A program made the translations under genes and the position numbers. Positions 34,540-48,805 of a stretch of DNA of 64,000 bases are shown here, one piece after another (position 1 is the first letter of the stretch; each line of letters opens with the position of its first letter). The notes under the pieces are model-generated. The model was not told where the DNA came from, searched no databases, and worked only from the letters and a program-made list of their open reading frames with translations. This DNA comes from Mobula birostris (Eukaryota), in NCBI RefSeq assembly GCF_030028105.1, contig NC_092370.1, forward strand, positions 71,474,098 to 71,538,097. The letters are read 5' to 3'.

Positions 34540-37045
34540 TATGCATGGTTTCCTTAAGGGGAAATCTTGCCTGACAAATCTGTTGGAATTCTTTGAGGAA
34601 ATAACTGGCAGGATAGACAAAAGAGAGTCAGTGGATGTTGTTTACTTGGATTTTCAGAAGGCTTTTGACAGGGCTGCACATGAGGCTGCTTCACAAGATA
34701 AAAGCTCATGGTATTACAGGAAAGATACTAGCACAGATAGAAGATTGGCTGACTGGCAGGAAGCAAAGTGTGGGAATAAATCGGGCCTTTTCCAGTTGGC
34801 GGCCGGAGATTAGCAGTGTTCCACAGGAGTTGGTATTGGGACCATCTATCTTCACGTTGTATGTCAATGATTTGGATGAAGGGCTTTGTGGCACGAAGAT
34901 AGCTGGAGGATCAAGTGGTGTTGAGGAAGCAGGGACTCTGCAGGATGAATTAGATTAGGAGAATGGGTAAAGAAGTGGCAGGTTAAATATAGTGTCGGGA
35001 AATGTACAGTCATGTACTTTAGTGGAAGGAATAAAGGTGTAGACTATTTTCTAAATGGGGGAAAAAAATTCAAAAATCAGAGGTGCAAAGGGACTTGGGA
35101 ACCTTCGTGCAAGATTCCCTAAAGATTAACTTGCAGGTTATTTACTTATTAAGATATAGCACTGAGTAGGCTTTTCGCGGCCCTCGAGCAACACCACCCA
35201 GCAATTAATCACGGGACAATTTACATTGACCATTTAACTTATCAATCAGTACATCTTTGGACAGTGTGAGGAAACCGGAGCAACCGTTAGAAACCCATGA
35301 GGTCACAAGGAGAACGTACAAACTCCTTACAGGAATTGAACCCAGGTCCCTGGTACTGTAAAGTATTGTGCTAACCACTACGCTACCATGCCTTATGTTG
35401 AGTCAGTTCTAAAGAAGACAACTGCAAAGATAGCATTCATTTCAAAAAGACTAGAACATACAAACCATGATGTAATGCTGAGGCTTTATTATTCATTTGT
35501 CAGACCGCACAGAGTATTGCGAGCGGTTTTAGAAACATAGAAAACCTACAGCACAATACAGGCCCTTTAGCCCACAAAGTTGTGCTGAACATATCTTTAC
35601 CTTAGAAATTACCTAGGGTTACCAATAGCCCTCTATTTTTCTAAGCCCCATGTATCTATCCAGGAGTCTCTTAAAAGACCTTATCGTATACGCCTCCACC
35701 ACCGTCACCGGCAGCCCATTCTATACACACACGACTCTCTGCATAAAAAACTTACCCTGACATCTTCTCTGTACTTACTTCCAAGCACCTTAAAGCTGTG
35801 CCCTCTCGTGCTGGACATTTCAGCTCTAGGAAAAAGCCTCGACTATCCACATGATCAATTCCTCTCATCATCTTATACACCTCTATCAGGTCACCTCACA
35901 TCCTCTGTCGCTCCAAGGAAAAAAGGCCAAGTTCACTCAACCTATTCTCAAAAGGCATGCTCCCCAATCCAGGCAACATCCTTGTAAATCTCCTCTGCAC
36001 CCTTTCTATAGTTTCCACATCCTTCCTGTAGTGAGGCGACCAGAACTGAGCACAGTCCTCCAAGTGGAGTCTGACCAGTGTCCTATATAGCTGCAACATT
36101 ACCTCTCAGCTCCTAAACTCAATCCCACAATTGATGAAGGCCAATGCACCATATGCTTTCTTAACCACTGAGTCAACCTGCATAGCAGCTTTGAGTGTCC
36201 TATGGACTTGGACCCCAAGATCCCTCTGATCCTCCACACTGCCAAGAGTCTTACCATTAATACTATATTCTGCCATCATATTTGACCTATCAAAATGAAC
36301 CACCTCACACTCATCTGGGTTGAACTCCATCTGCCACTTCTCAGCCCAGTTTTGCATCCTATCGATGTCCCGCTGTAACCTCTGACAGCCCTCCACACTA
36401 TCCACAACACTCCCAACCTTTGTGTCATCAGCAAATTTACTAACTCATCCCTCCACTTCCTCATCCAGGTCGTTATAAAAATCATGAAGAGTAGGGGTCC
36501 TAGAACAGATCCCTGAGGCACGCCACTGGGCCCCTTATCTAGAAAAGATGTGCCAGCATCAGGGAGGCTCCAAAGGGGGTTCATGAGAATGATTCAGGGA
36601 ATGAAAGCTTTAACAAATAGGAGTGTATGATAGCCCTGGGCTATACTCGCTGGAGTTTAAAAGAATGAGGGAGTATTTCACTGAAACTTATTGAACATTG
36701 AAAGGCCTAGATAGTTGATATGGAGAGGATGTTTCCATGGGGGAGTCTAGGACGAGAAGGCACATCCTCAGAATAGAGGAGTGTCCATTTAGAACAGAGA
36801 TGAGGAGAAATTTCTTTAGCCATAGAGCAGTGAATCTGTGGAATTCATCACCACAGACAGCTGTGGAGGCCAGGTCATTAGGTATACTTAAAGTGGAGCT
36901 TGATAGGTTCTTGATGAGTAAGGGCTTCAAGTTTATGTGGTGAAGGAAGAAGAAAGGGAGTTGAAAGGAATGATAAATCAGCCTTGAAAGAATGACAAAA
37001 CAGACTCAATGGGCCAAATAGCCCAATTCAGCTGCTATGTCTTAG
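34540..37045 (+). mobile_element. CR1 with nested V-SINE (~35140-35395) and an antisense CR1 (35531-36527)
   Basis: HGFLKGKSCLTNLLEFFEE and VYLDFQKAFD. The host sequence gagcggtttt|gggcccct rejoins across the insert. Confidence 0.88.
35531..36527 (-). mobile_element. CR1 LINE 3' part
   Basis: SGVPQGSVLGPLLF, WQMEFNPD and QFWSPHYRKD motifs. Confidence 0.9.
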
Positions 37046-37819
37046 GTGACTTGGTGGAGAATCACCAGATGGAAGTGTTCCAATGTACCTGTTTCCTTTG
37101 CCCTTCCTTCTCATAGAGATCATGGATTTCAGATAGAAAATGAATGCCAATGAAGTTATTTCAGATTTTCTGACCCTTCGTACCGGCTGGCACTTTGGTG
37201 AAATGGCAACTGGCATCTTGTGTATTGCTGGTGTTAAAGGTGTTTCTACCTCAGTAGTTCAGTCCTGAGTACCAAAATCTCAGTACGTATCATGTACCAT
37301 TCCAAATCTCTGCCAGATTTTCAACGTTTTGTCAAATTCAAGTTTCAGATTAGTGGTCTTTAGTTTTTTTTAATTGCATTATGAAATTCCTTCATCTGCT
37401 GTTAAATTACATTGTTAGTGATATATCACTTGATTCAGCAAACTTACGGGAAAACATTGTGCCAGACTTGACAACCCTGGTGCCCAGCCTTGAAAGTATT
37501 CTGCACAATACTTTAGAACTGTTGATAGTTATAAGATGAACTGTCTAAATGCAAGTCCTTTCCCTTCCATGTCGGCAGAGTTGGTGGGGAAAAAGCAGTT
37601 AGTTCGGATGCAGGTTTTGAAAACAAATGATTTTTTAAAGGATTGTCTGTTGTAACACAGCCATACAATACTTAATAATTAAATGTTTATCACGGCAAAT
37701 CAATAACTTGTTGACTTCCCGTTTAGAAACTCCAACAGAAATTGTCAACGTTGCTTCCGATAAACCAATTCCACTGACATTACAGTCGTCCAATGGAAAA
37801 TTAACATGTGCTGGGAACG

Positions 37820-38330
37820 TCCAATCAACTGCACGCAGTAGCGAGTAGCCGCCCCCATTCCTCCCAGGGATTGTTAAAGTCGTTTCCACGAGCAACTATT
37901 GAGCGAGGTGGGATATTGTATTGGAAGTATGGTGGTATATTGTCTGCAATATGCTCGTACATTACATGCTGAATAAGTAACAGTACCCACTTGTGCAAAC
38001 ATTACCAGCTCGTCCTCCAGCGACGCGTCTCTGCGCCCGGGACCTTCGCCCAGACAGCCTCGTCTCCGCGCGGTGCACTTCCGCTCTGAGCCGCGCATGG
38101 AAACGATCGGCTCTATCTGCATATATGTATTAATATTTTTGTATTATTGGGAACATGCACGAACAGCTGTTGCAGTTTCTAAACCCTGCCCATGAATAAT
38201 AATTCAGATGTTGCTGTAAAAACAAACTGTTGGAAATCCGAGATTAAAACGGAAAACGCAGCAAATATTCAACACGTCAGGCAGCCTCCGCGGAGAGGGA
38301 GATACAGCTAATATTGCTCCGCGCAGGAGA
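37820..38330 (-). promoter_or_regulatory. TRIQK: CpG-rich promoter and probable exon 1 of TRIQK (exon ~38006-38090)
   Basis: The main CpG-dense unique patch in a CpG-depleted window. It has an ETS/GABPA motif CGGAAGTG (minus, 38076-38083), an NRF1-like GCGCATG near 38093, and a minus-strand donor CTG|gtaatg at 38006/38005. Confidence 0.7.
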
Positions 38331-38594
38331 CACCTTGTCTGTCAACCAGTTCTGGAGATACAAAATTTTCCTCCAAAAGCATTGAAACCAAAACCATTTT
38401 CTCAATCTCATTGCCTGGATAGCTACATTACAGCACTTCCTCCACATCTTTGACACATGAAAATGGGGAGGGGATCTCTTTATATAGTCATTTTCACAGC
38501 CTTGGGCCATTTCAAAGTGAGGGAGAAGAGGCAACTAATTTGTACGTCGCAACTCCCAGTAACAACAATGTGCACCGTCATTTTACAGGGCATA

Positions 38595-38904
38595 TTTATA
38601 TAGGCATCCGTTAGTCTCGTGAGACCATGGATTTGCGCCTTGGAAGGTTTCCAGGGCACAGGCCTGGGCAAGGTTGTATGGAAGACTGTCAGTTGCCCAT
38701 GCTGCAAGTCTCCCCTCTCCACGCCACCAATGTTGTCCAAGGGAAGGGCATTAGGACCCATACAGCTTGGCACCAGTGTTGTCACAGAGCAATATGTGGC
38801 TAAGTGCCTTGCTCAAGGACACAACACACTGCCTCAGCTCGAACTAGTGACCTTCAGGTCACTAGACGAATGCCTTAACCACTTGGCCACGCACCAACAC
38901 AACA
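38595..38904 (-). mobile_element. tRNA-derived SINE with RTE-like 3' stem-loop
   Basis: A-box-like TGGCCAAGTGG, B-box-like AGTTCGAGC, AT-rich tail and an 11-bp TSD TACAGGGCATA (38584-38594 and 38905-38915). Confidence 0.85.
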
Positions 38905-39569
38905 TACAGGGCATAGCACTTAGGGATTTACTTGTATGTGCCTTGTGCGCTGTGTGACTGTGGGTACTATGTTTTGCACCTTGGCCCCAGACTAACACTG
39001 TTTAGTTTAGCTGTATTCACGCATAGTTGAATGACAATTAAACTTGAACTTGGTAATTGTGTAATCAATGATATTGGGATATGAACATTAACCATAGCAA
39101 ATGGAATATCTTCACTGCGCATTGCAATAAGATCAGGGGGGTCTGTTAAAATTCAATTACTGAACTACTTTTCAGGAATGTGTAAAGGATCTTTTTTGCG
39201 TGAAACAAAACAACCATTCCTGGGTCATTTGGGTTCACTTTGAAAATCCTGTGGAATACCTTGTGACGAAGACACTATTTATGAGACAAAGTCTCACAGA
39301 GCACTGCAGAGGAATTTGAAATGCATTATCCTGGGTTTGCCTATTGTTGTATGAACTTTCTCGAAGTGTCAACCTGGGAGGCCTAAACTGCTTAATTCCT
39401 GGTATCCTCAGATTAATCTCATTCTCTGCCTTCCCCTCATCTCCCGGAGGTCACATCAAATGTCAAAATCAATGTTCCCTTCCCTAACCCTGAGTTTCAC
39501 CTACTCTGCAAACCTGTGCTAACCAACTGGTATGCATGTTTAATCTCTCACTGGTACAGTCAGAAGTTC

Positions 39570-40925
39570 CAACCTGCTTCAAAAGGGCAACAATCATTCC
39601 AGTGCCCAAGAAGAGCAGGGTTAGCTGCCTCGACCACTATCATTCAGTAGCACTCACACCTACGGTGATGAAGTGCTTGGAGAGGTGAGTTATGGCTTGC
39701 AAGGACTTGGACCCACTACAATTTACCTATCACCACAACAGGTCAACAGCGGATGCAATCTCATTAGCTCTTCACGTGGCCTTGAATCACCTGGACAATA
39801 CAAATACCTATGTTTATTGCCTACAGCTCAACGTTTAACACAATTATTCCTACAGTTATGATTGATAAGCACCAAAACCTGGGCCTCTGTACCTCCCTCT
39901 GCAACTGGGTCTACGACTTCCTAACAGGAAGACACAATCTGTGCAGATCAGAAATTACATCTCCACCTTGCTGACAATCAACACTGGCACACCTCAAGGA
40001 TCTGTGCTTAGCCCCCTACTCTGTCTACACCCATGACTGTGTGGCTAGGCACAGGTGAATTTGCTGAACACACAACTATTGTTGGCAAAATTTCAGATGA
40101 TGTCGAGAGGATGTACAGGAGTGAGATATATCAGCTAGTAAAGTGATGTTGCAGCAACAACCCTGCACTCAATGTCAGTAAGACCAAAGAACTGATTGAG
40201 TATTTAAGAAAGGGTAAAACAATGGAACACACACCAGTCCTCATAAAGGGATCAGAAGTGGAGAAAGTGAGCAATTTCAAGTTCCTGGATGTCAATATCT
40301 TCCTGGGCTCAACATATCAATGCAGCTACAAAGAAGGCACAACAACAGTTACATTTCATTAGGAGTTTGATGAGATTTTGTATGTCACAAAAAACACTCA
40401 AATTTCTACAAATGTGCAACGGAGAGCAGTCTAGCTGGCTCTATCACCGTTCAGTATGGGGAGGGCTAGCCACTGCACAGGGTCCAAATAAACTGCAGAA
40501 AATGGTAAACTCAGTCAGCTCCATCATGGGCACTAGCCTCCCAGCTTCCAGGACATCTTCAAGAAGTGATGCCACAAAAGGGTGGCATCCATCATTAAAG
40601 ACCCCCATCACCCAGGACATACCTTGTTCTTGTTGCTACCATTTGGGAAGGAGCTACAGAAGCTTGAAGGCACACACTCAATGATTCAGAAACAACTTCT
40701 TCCCCTCTGCCATCTGATTTCTGAGTGGACATTGAACCCATGAACACTACCTCACTACTTATTAATTTTTATTTGTGCACTTCTAGTTTAACTATTTAAT
40801 ATATATACTTACTGTAATTCTTGTTTGTTTTCTAGTATTATACGTTGTATTGTACTGCTACCACAAAGACAACAAGTTTCATGACTTATGCCAGTGAGAT
40901 TAAACCTGTTTTTGATTCTGATTCC
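39570..40925 (+). mobile_element. Rex1/Babar LINE 3' part
   Basis: TIIPVPKK and PQG motifs, with a gattctgattc tail. Confidence 0.88.
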
Positions 40926-41589
40926 TCACCTGACAATATGCTGGTTTGCAATCTCTCTCCCATACCTCAATTTGCACATCAGTGCCAGCTTGGCCTATCA
41001 TTCATCACTGAAGTAAGTAATAAAGTCCTGATCCCTCCTTCTCCCCAAACTTGTCATTTAAGTCTTGCTGAACTACAGTAGCTAATTATGAAACAATACA
41101 ATTTTAGAATTCTCATCCTTATTTTCATACTGCTTCTTGGCTCCATTCCTCCCCATCTCTGCAATCTACCTCAGCATTACAACTCAAAGTATCTAGGTTC
41201 CTCCAATTCTGGCCACTTGCTCAATTCCAAATTTAATTGAAAATATACCTTCATGTGTCAAATTCTGTGCTCTGGAATTTCATCCCAAAATTCTAATCGC
41301 TCCTCCAAAAATCAAATTAAAATATTTTTCTTTCACTTATCTGCCTTGTATCTTTTTACGTGTAAGTAGGCAAATTTTGTGAAGCATCTTAGGATGTTTT
41401 ACTATTCCAATGTTCTATTAGGGATCGATCAGATACATACAGCTGAGACTGAGATACAGACAGAAAACAGAATATGACAGCACAGCAACACGTCTTTCAG
41501 TCTACCATGTCCATACCCAAACTCTATTTCTTTTGCCTGAACATGATCCACATCCCTCCATTTCATATATATTCATGGATCTATGAATA

Positions 41590-42995
41590 TGTAAGAATGA
41601 AAGAAGAGGGGGGCGGGTGGTATGGAAAAAATTACGAGAAGAAGAATTTGATGATCATGCCATCAGGTTGGAGGCAACCTAGACGGAATATGAAATGTTG
41701 CTCCCCCACCCTGAGAGTGGCTTTATCATGGCAACAGAGGAGGCTATGGATGAATATGTTGGAACAGAAATTGGGATAGGAATTAACATGGCTGGCCACC
41801 GGGACATTTCACTTTTGGCAGATGTAGAAGAGGCTATATTGGGAGCCCCTGACTTTGGCTGCTTGCGGGGATAAATACCAGATGGGAAATCATTGGGGGG
41901 GGGAGCGAATGGAGAAGGTAACCATAAAGGGAGCAATCCCTGTGAAAAGCAGAGAGCTGGTGGGGGGGAGGAGGAGATAAAGATATGTTTGGTGGTAGGA
42001 TCCCATTGGAGATGCTAGAAGTTGCAGAAAATGATGTATGTGGAGGTTTAAGGGGTGGTGGGTGAGAACAAGATGAACCTTATCTCCGTTAAGGCAGCAG
42101 AAGGTGGGGTGAGTGCGGATGTCTGTGAAATGGAGGAGATACGGGTGAGGGCAGCATCAATGGTGGAGGAAGGAAAACTCCGTTCTTTGAAGAAGGAGGA
42201 CAACTCTGATATCCTAGAAAGGAAAATCTCAACCTGGGAATAGATACAGCAAGATGAAGGAACTGAGAAAAAGGATTAGCATTTTTTACAGGAGACAGAC
42301 GAGAAGAGGTATAGTAAGATAGCCATCAGAATCAGTAGATCAATAAGATATTGGTAGACAGTTGACCTCCAGAGATGGAGAAGAAAAGATCTAGAAAGGG
42401 AAGAGAGGTATCAGAAATTGTTCAAGTGAATTTAAGGGTAGGATGGAATTTGGAGGTAAAGTTGAAGAAATTGACAAGCTCAGCATGGATGCAGTAATAC
42501 AATCGTCAAAGTAGCGCAGGAAGAGTAGGAGTGCATTACCAGGGAAGGCTTGGAACATGGACTGTTCTATGTAGCAAACAAAAAGGCAAGTGTTGCTGGG
42601 GCCCATGTAGGTGCCCATGGTTTCCCCTTGAGTTTGGAGAAAGTGGGAGGAGCCAAATGAGAAATTGTTGAGGGTGCGGACCAGTTCCGCCAGACTGAGG
42701 ATGTTGATGAGGGAGGGGAACTGGTTGGGTCTTTTGTTGAGAAAGAAGTGGAGAGCTTTAAGGCCTTATTGATGGGAGATAGAAGTGTATAGGGTCTGGT
42801 CATCCAGGGAGAAAACGTGACTGCATGAACCAGGGAATTAAAAGTTGTTGAGGAGATCAAGAGCATGTGAAGTGCCGTGGATGTAGGTGGAAAGGGAATA
42901 AACCATGGGGGATAGAATGGAGGTGAGGTATGCAGACACGAGTTCAGTGGGGCAGGAACAAGCAGAGACAATGGGTCTCCCTGGACAGTCAGTGT
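41590..42995 (-). mobile_element. Penelope-like element RT region (decayed)
   Basis: CPGRPIVSACSCPTE, MGTYMGPS and LRYFDD are PLE RT motifs. Confidence 0.85.
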
Positions 42996-44764
42996 CACGA
43001 ATCACAGTTTTGTGGATGGTGCTTTGAGTTAGTGAAAACATCCTTCATGCAATGCAAGCTTAAAGTGTTGCTGGGAGAAATTAATCCAGTGCTTTAGCTG
43101 TTGTGCACTCTCAGTGCAGCCAGGTTTTATTTCTAGACAGAAGAGACTGCAGATGCTGAAATATGGAGCCACAAATGAACAATCTGCTGGAAGAACTCAA
43201 GAAGCTGAAGAGCATCCATGGAGAGAAAGGTGGAGTTTTGCCTCACCATCAACCCCACCACCACCACACCCACAGATGCTGCTCAGTGTTTTCATGGTTT
43301 GTAAGGGAATGTAGAAATATTTCTACCAATATAAAAAAAGACTAAAATCATTATATTACAATGAAGCATCATGCTCAAATACTCACTTTAATATGCTATG
43401 AACTACCGTAGAAATTTATGTTAGAAGAACCTTTTGTTTTTGGAGAAAACCTTTCTGGAGAACTTTGCATTGTTTGATCCTGAAGCAAATCATCATTTAA
43501 ATGTAGCTTTTGCTAATGAGCCATGGTGAAAATAAATATGGGCTGTCCAAAATACTGTTCAGTTAAGTAATAAAATCAAATCAAGGACGAATATCCATTA
43601 TTTTGTAACAGAAAATTCCAGAAGGGAACAAAAATCAGAAAGTAAAGCAAAAGGAATAATGAAGTCTAATGAAAATAATACTAGGTTACTTAGTAAAATA
43701 AAATGACATTTTGTTTCCTGATAGAGATGAATTTGTAAAAAAAAATTATATTACTTCATCTCATTCTTCCCACTAAATTAATAGCAGGCCTGATGCATTT
43801 ATGTCAATAGAAATGAAACAACTTCACATCCTTTTACTTCATTGAATTACAGAATAGCAATTGGTTCTAATTACCCTTTGGAGCCTTTGGAATTTAAAAG
43901 ATATCCTTGGGAATGTAGGTATGGCTCTTAAATAAATTTACTTTGAGAGCAATCAAAACACTTATTCTGATGAAATGGAGATGTTAGCTCTGTTTCTCGG
44001 GTGCTGCCTGACCTATCGAGTATTTCTCTGTTTTGATTTCAGACTTCGGCAATTGCAGTGTGTTGATTTTTCAACTATTTGTTGTGCAGTTTTGACTACC
44101 AAAAAGCCCATCATCACTGGGCTCAATGATGAGTCCATCATCATTGTGATGGTACTGTGTTTGTTGACCATGAAGTTTTAAACTCAAATGAAAATCGTAA
44201 GCCCTATCCAATATAAATAGCCATAAGTACCCTCACTGAGGAGTGGTTATACTGTAACTCCCAATCTTCAAAGACTAGTTTACTTCCCTGTTTATCCTCC
44301 ACAGTGAGTTTAGCTATCAATACCCACTATATGAGCTTTGGGTCCCCTCTCCCAGCTGGAAGATATTTCCAACTAACAAAGTAGTTTAAACACAGTTCAT
44401 TTATTTTCAGTGATACATGTTTAAATTCAAACAACATTCTTAAAATACTTTTAAAACTCACAGAGGATTTCTATCTTATAAAAGATTTCCAAATTACATG
44501 CTTTTTTTTAAATACAAAGTATTTCCAATCATGGATATGATTTCTATAAGCTAAAAAGATATACCCATGAGCTGCAGATGAACCAGTCACAGAAATCGAA
44601 GGCAGAGGAATGGATTTTAGTTCACCCCATGTTTCTGTTGTGCTTCTTCATGTTCCTGGACCATTCCTAAAAAACCTGAACTTTTCTCTTAATTTATGCT
44701 ATTTCCTTTTGCCACTTGAATGACTTCACACACATATGATATTCTTACAGATAACTGCTGTCCA

Positions 44765-45109
44765 AGATGCTGTACAAGTTGCATGCCATCTTGGACAATG
44801 TCTCCCATCCACTACATAATGTACTGGTTGGGCACAGGAGTACATTCAGCCAGAGAATCATTCCACCGAGATGCAACACTGAGCGTCATAGGAAGTCATT
44901 CCTGCCTGTGGCCATCAAACTTTACAACTCCTCCCTTGGAGGGTCAGACACCCTGAGCCAATAGGCTGGTCCTGGACTTATTTCCTGGCATAATTTATAC
45001 ATTACTATTTAATTATTTATGGTTTTATTGCTATTTAATTATTTATGGTGCAACTGCAACAAAAACCAATTTCCCCCGGGATCAATAAAGTATGACTATG
45101 ACTATGACT
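44765..45109 (+). mobile_element. Rex1/Babar-type 3' end
   Basis: Same motif and (TATGAC)n tail as 28788-29136. Confidence 0.85.
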
Positions 45110-46004
45110 AACAGAAATGGTTTAAAAGCTTTTGGGGACAGAGTTCCCAGGTACCTACAATTAACGCTATGAAGCTGACTCCCTGAGTATACAAACCTTC
45201 CAACTTATTAATACGTCAGCTATTGATATGTTAATTGATAATATCAATCTAGTCTGAAAAATTTCTTGAATGAAACAACTTAGCCAGCATTTTTTATTAT
45301 GAAACTAGCCAATGTAAATAACCCATTGTCTTATACTGCACCTCTTGAGCAGGTGCTATGGGCAAGCATCCTGTGGCCCTATAAACCATGTGTTTACTTG
45401 CAAAGCTGTCTTTTTAACTTTAAACTGATTACTGCTTGCAGTTTACATTTAGAACAGAACTAGCTCCCATTTATGACCAGAAGCTAAACAAAGAATACTG
45501 ATTGGAAGCTTAATTTATTCAAAAACAACAGCTATGTCAGTTGCTATGTTTAGAAAGCTGAGCTTGGCAAAAAATACAAAGGCCCCCTTTAGCCCTAGAA
45601 AATAAATGTCCATCACAATATTTGAGACTTAAGATCTGCCATTAATATATTAAAAATAATAGTCTCAGGGGAAACGTAACAGATGAGTACTGTCCCAGAA
45701 ATGCACTGTGCAGAACAGTAATAGGGTAATTAGAATGGAAGTCACAAAACTGCAACCACAAATCTGAAATAGAAACAAAAAATACACAAAACACCCAACA
45801 AGTGAGGCAGCATCTTGGAGAGAGACAGAATTAATAATTCATGTCAAAGACCTTTTTGATTTTCTCTTTCTCCCTGAACTGACTGAGCATTCCCAGTAGT
45901 TTTCTTCCTTCCTATCATGTGAAATACTGGTCTGGCAGTGAAGTTCCTCTCTTTCAGTGGATGCTGCTTTCTTCACGGTCTGAATGAAAAGTCCAGAGCA
46001 ATTA

Positions 46005-46545
46005 ATTCCCTCCACAGCTGCTCGTGGCAATAAATTCCATAGATTCACCACTTTCTGGTTGAAGAAATTCCTCCTATCTCTGTTCTGAAGAGCTGTCCTC
46101 CTATTCTGAGGCTGTGCTGTCTGGTCCTGCACTCCCCCACCGTAGGAAACATCCTCTCCACCTCTACCTCTTTCAATGAGATCCCCCCGCCACCACACAT
46201 CCTTTTTAAACTCCAGAAAATACAGGCGCAAAGCCATCAAACGCTGCTCATACATTAACCCTTTTATTCCTGGGATCCTTTTTGTGAACCTCCTCTAGAT
46301 CTTCTCCAATGCTAGCACATCCTTTCTCAGATAAGGGGTCAAAATTGCACGTAATATTCCGAGCGTGATTTGACCAATGCCTTATAGAACCTCAGCATTA
46401 CAAACTTGCTTTTATAATCCAGTCCTCTCAAAATGAATGATAATGTTGCATTTGCCTTCCTTACAATCGACTCGACCTGCAAGATAATCGTTAGGGAATT
46501 CCAAGTCCCTTTGCACCCCTGATTTTGAATTTTTCTCCCCATTTA
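46005..46545 (-). mobile_element. CR1 fragment
   Basis: RFYKALV and FFNQKVVNLWNLLP motifs. Confidence 0.85.
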
Positions 46546-47829
46546 TTCTTACTCAATGACATGGGACAGCTGCTGTTGTAATATAATAGTGTACCTCAGA
46601 AGTACAAGAATTGCAATCCCATTTGGGAAGACCAGGTCCCATCAGAAATTATACTGTACTCAGTAGAATATGACCCCTGTTAGTATTGACTGCCAACAAT
46701 AACTCTTTACTGTATATTATGAAGCAGCAAGTGTCGAAAAAATGTCAGAAAAGTTAGTAGAGGAAATGCAGGACATTATTTCAGTTGCTAACTAATGCTG
46801 CAATCTGTTCTGTTCCCAGTTTGCTATCCCTTTTAGTACCAGTTCTTCAGTGTATCTACCAATTTACCTATATCGAGACAGCAATTACATGTTTACGAAA
46901 CTCATTAGGAAGCACTTTGAAACATTTCTAAGAGAAGTGATATGGATTTCCTTTGGAAAATATATGTTAAAAGGATCTTCTTAATTGGCTTTCTTTCAAA
47001 TAAGAAATTATAAAGAACAATAAACTGGATTAAAACCGCAACCAAATCTACTCCATGAGAAAATAATGTTTCTGCTTTTTATTAGCTAGGAACAGCATCT
47101 GACCAGGTGATTTGTAATGAGTAACATTCCAGTATTTCTTGCACTATGTTACACTGAAACATTTCAGACATACTGTACAAAATTTATTGTTCCGTTTCAG
47201 ATCACTAATGGTGAACTGTGCTTAATTGAGCTGCCCCAGGTATATACAGATCCATTAAACAATTATATCCTTTCCTTTGAATAAACCAGCAATTACACTT
47301 CATTTCAGTGCAAATGGTGATAAAGGACTTTCATTGTATTTACCTTCTTCTCCTATATCTTCAATAAAGAAACTCAGCAAAATGTATAAATAGATTTACT
47401 TATACATTTTACTAAAAATATGTAGCTAGTTCCTCTTGCAGATCAGAGACTTCACACAATAACAAAGCCATGTATAGTCCAAGAATGTCTCGGGCTGATT
47501 GCCAACCTCTGTTGTGCTGGTTAGTACCAGCCTCAATGGAAATAAGAGGAATGTAATTGCCCTTTGCACTGCAGGTGAGAGGGAAGGTAATCAGGGAAAG
47601 TTGCTGCTTCTACTCACTATAACACATCCTTGCTGAAAATATATGTGTGAGTATTATACGGTGACAGATTATGGATTGGCAATGTGATTGAATAGCCTCC
47701 AGTCCTCACTGGCAGAATACATACTGTATGTGGATACTGAATGCAATACTGCAAACAAAAAATCCATTTACCTGTGAGTGTATTTCCAAAGAAAAATACT
47801 ATAAATGCTTCAATACATAATGATAAAAA

Positions 47830-48805
47830 ACATGAATTACGGTAAATAAAACAGTTAAATTAAAAACGTAGTGCAAAAATAAAAATAAAGAAGTAATGAT
47901 GTAGTGTTCATGAGTTCAATGTCCATTCAGAAATCAGATGGCAGAGGGGAAGAAGCTGTTCCTGAATCATTGAATGTGTGCTTTCAGGATCCTGTGCTTC
48001 CATCCTGATGGTATCAATGAGAACAAGGTATGTCCGGGGCTGGGTGATGGGGGTCCTTCATGATGGATGCCATCTTTTTGAGGCGTCGCTCCCTGAAGAT
48101 GTTCTGGATTCTATAGAAGACAGTGCCCATGATGGAGCTGACTGAGTTAGCCACTCTCTGCAGCTGATTTCAATCCTATGCAGTAGCCTCTCATCCCCCA
48201 CTGGCCATACCAGATGGTGATGCAGCCAGCTAGAATGCTCTCCATGGTACATCTGTAGAAATTTATGAGTATCTTTAGTGGCATAGCAAATCACCTCAGA
48301 CTCCTAATGAAATATAGCCACTGCTGTGCCTTCTTTGTAGTTGCATTGACATGTTGGGCCCAGGATAGATCCTCAGAGAACTTGAAATTCCTCACTCATT
48401 CCACTTCTGATCCCTCTATAAGGGTTGGTGTGTGTTTCCTCATCCTACTCTTTCTGAAGTCCACAATAAATTCTTTAGTCTTACTGACTTTGAGTGCAAG
48501 ATTGTTGCTGTGACACCACTCAACCAGCTGATCTATCTCCTCTGGTACGCCCTCTCATCACCATTTGAAATTTTACTAACACTGGTTGTGTTATCAGCAA
48601 ATTTATAGATGGCATTTGAGCTGTGCCTAGCCACACAGTCATGGGTTTAGAGAGAGTAGAGCAGTGGGTTAATCACACATCCTGGAGGTGCACCAGTGTT
48701 GATTGTCAGCAAGGTGGAGATGTTATTTCTGATCCACACAGATTGTGGTGCTCCGCTTAGGGAGTTGAGCATCCAGTTGCAGAAGGAGGTACAGAGGCCC
48801 AGATT
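47830..48805 (-). mobile_element. Rex1/Babar LINE fragment
   Basis: Reverse-complement similarity to 19195-20348. Confidence 0.85.

Noticed and set aside
37874-38122. 82-aa minus-strand ORF at the CpG island
   Set aside because: No recognisable protein. It runs through a splice donor and is better explained as GC-rich 5'UTR.
38820-38897. tRNA gene
   Set aside because: tRNA-like head of a SINE with a tail and TSD; no full cloverleaf.
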